In this document: piece after piece, positions 63,592 to 64,000 of the stretch
Position numbering within the stretch: position 1 is the first letter of the stretch
How the letters are laid out: the number at the start of each line of letters is the position of its first letter
DNA from: an uncultured archaeon
Lineage (GTDB): Archaea > Aenigmatarchaeota > Aenigmatarchaeia > QMZP01 > QMZT01
Length of the DNA: 64,000 nucleotides
Direction of reading: 5' to 3'
Assembly: GCA_964347025.1 (NCBI GenBank)
Contig: CAYFWU010000002.1
Location: forward strand, 5,187-69,186
Program-made: the position numbers and the translations under genes
Notes under the pieces: generated by a model
What the model was told of the DNA's origin: nothing
Seen by the model: only the letters and a program-made list of their open reading frames with translations
Databases searched by the model: none

Positions 63592-64000
63592 TCAACTACC
63601 AATTGTAACTTCAAGTTTAATTCTGATTATCTCAAAAAACTGTGAAAGACTGTCCCTGAAGAGATTCATCTTCGTTTCCTTTCCCTCTTTCCATTTGACG
63701 GCAATTTCCTTTATGCTGTAACCTTTATTTTTTGCCCTTACCAAAAATTCGAGATCCCAGCTCCATTCACTGTTTCTTATTTGTTTGTTTAGGTTCACGA
63801 ATACCTTCCTTTTGAACCCCTTGAAACCGCACTCCGTATCTGTTAATCCCAGGCCAGGGAAAAACATTCTAACAAAAAAATGATAGATCTTGCTGAGTAA
63901 AAATCTTTTCAAGGTCCTGGAAGTTTCAGAGCTCTTCAAATATCTGGAACCTATAACCACATCATATTCCTCCAAAAACCTCATAACATCCTTTACATTT
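63592..64000 (-). CDS. GT2 glycosyltransferase, N-terminus outside the window
   Basis: The frame stays open upstream of the Met at 63984 (...NVKDVMRFLEEYDVVIGSRY...). DVVIGSRY and TDTECGFKGF are typical of the GT2 C-terminal half. Confidence 0.7.
   Translation of the reverse strand, partial: NVKDVMRFLEEYDVVIGSRYLKSSETSRTLKRFLLSKIYHFFVRMFFPGLGLTDTECGFKGFKRKVFVNLNKQIRNSEWSWDLEFLVRAKNKGYSIKEIAVKWKEGKETKMNLFRDSLSQFFEIIRIKLEVTIGS

Overview
This is an archaeal chromosome fragment. It is A/T-rich, its proteins are rich in K, E and I, and it carries RadB, PCNA, a type IA topoisomerase and intron-containing tRNA genes. I cannot assign the lineage without a database search; an uncultured euryarchaeal or DPANN-like archaeon is my guess.

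**1-23 kb: housekeeping.**
- ahcY, truncated at the window edge and missing from the ORF track.
- An APH-fold kinase, a PyrD-like protein and AlaX.
- A carbamoyltransferase with two small membrane partners.
- A minus-strand purine operon: purM, a purN-like gene, purL carrying a PurS-like N-terminal extension, and purQ.
- PCNA, an OB-fold protein, Trm-G10/aTrm11, topA and radB.
- Four tRNA genes, all interrupted, with eight introns by my parse. Each has an intron at the same T-loop position.

**23-49 kb: cell-surface region.**
- A 1400-aa cadherin-like protein with about 110 N-x-S/T sequons by hand count.
- A MoxR / DUF58 / vWA triad.
- Two back-to-back minus-strand gene blocks (about 19 kb, 13 genes) starting with a wHTH regulator that has a palindromic operator upstream.
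- These blocks encode almost only secreted or membrane-anchored orphan proteins:
  - a 1399-aa fibre with a YadA-head-like 14-residue beta-roll;
  - a 695-aa cysteine-rich protein;
  - a thioredoxin-fold protein that has lost its CxxC;
  - two paralogous Ig-like proteins with C-terminal anchors;
  - a beta-helix protein;
  - two small proteins that share an N-terminal hydrophobic segment, the smaller behind a perfect 2 x 29-bp duplicated upstream element;
  - an 836-aa receptor-like protein.
- No known pilus, archaellum or secretion ATPase is visible.

**49-64 kb: very A/T-rich glycan or lipid tailoring island.**
- Five radical-SAM enzymes: three SPASM-type and two B12-binding.
- Three ArnT/PMT-like GT-C membrane transferases.
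- Three GT2 enzymes, one of them Dpm1-like, and one epimerase.

The surface gene blocks and the radical-SAM/GT-C island are my best candidates for an undescribed system. All functional calls rest on motif recognition by eye. No searches were run.
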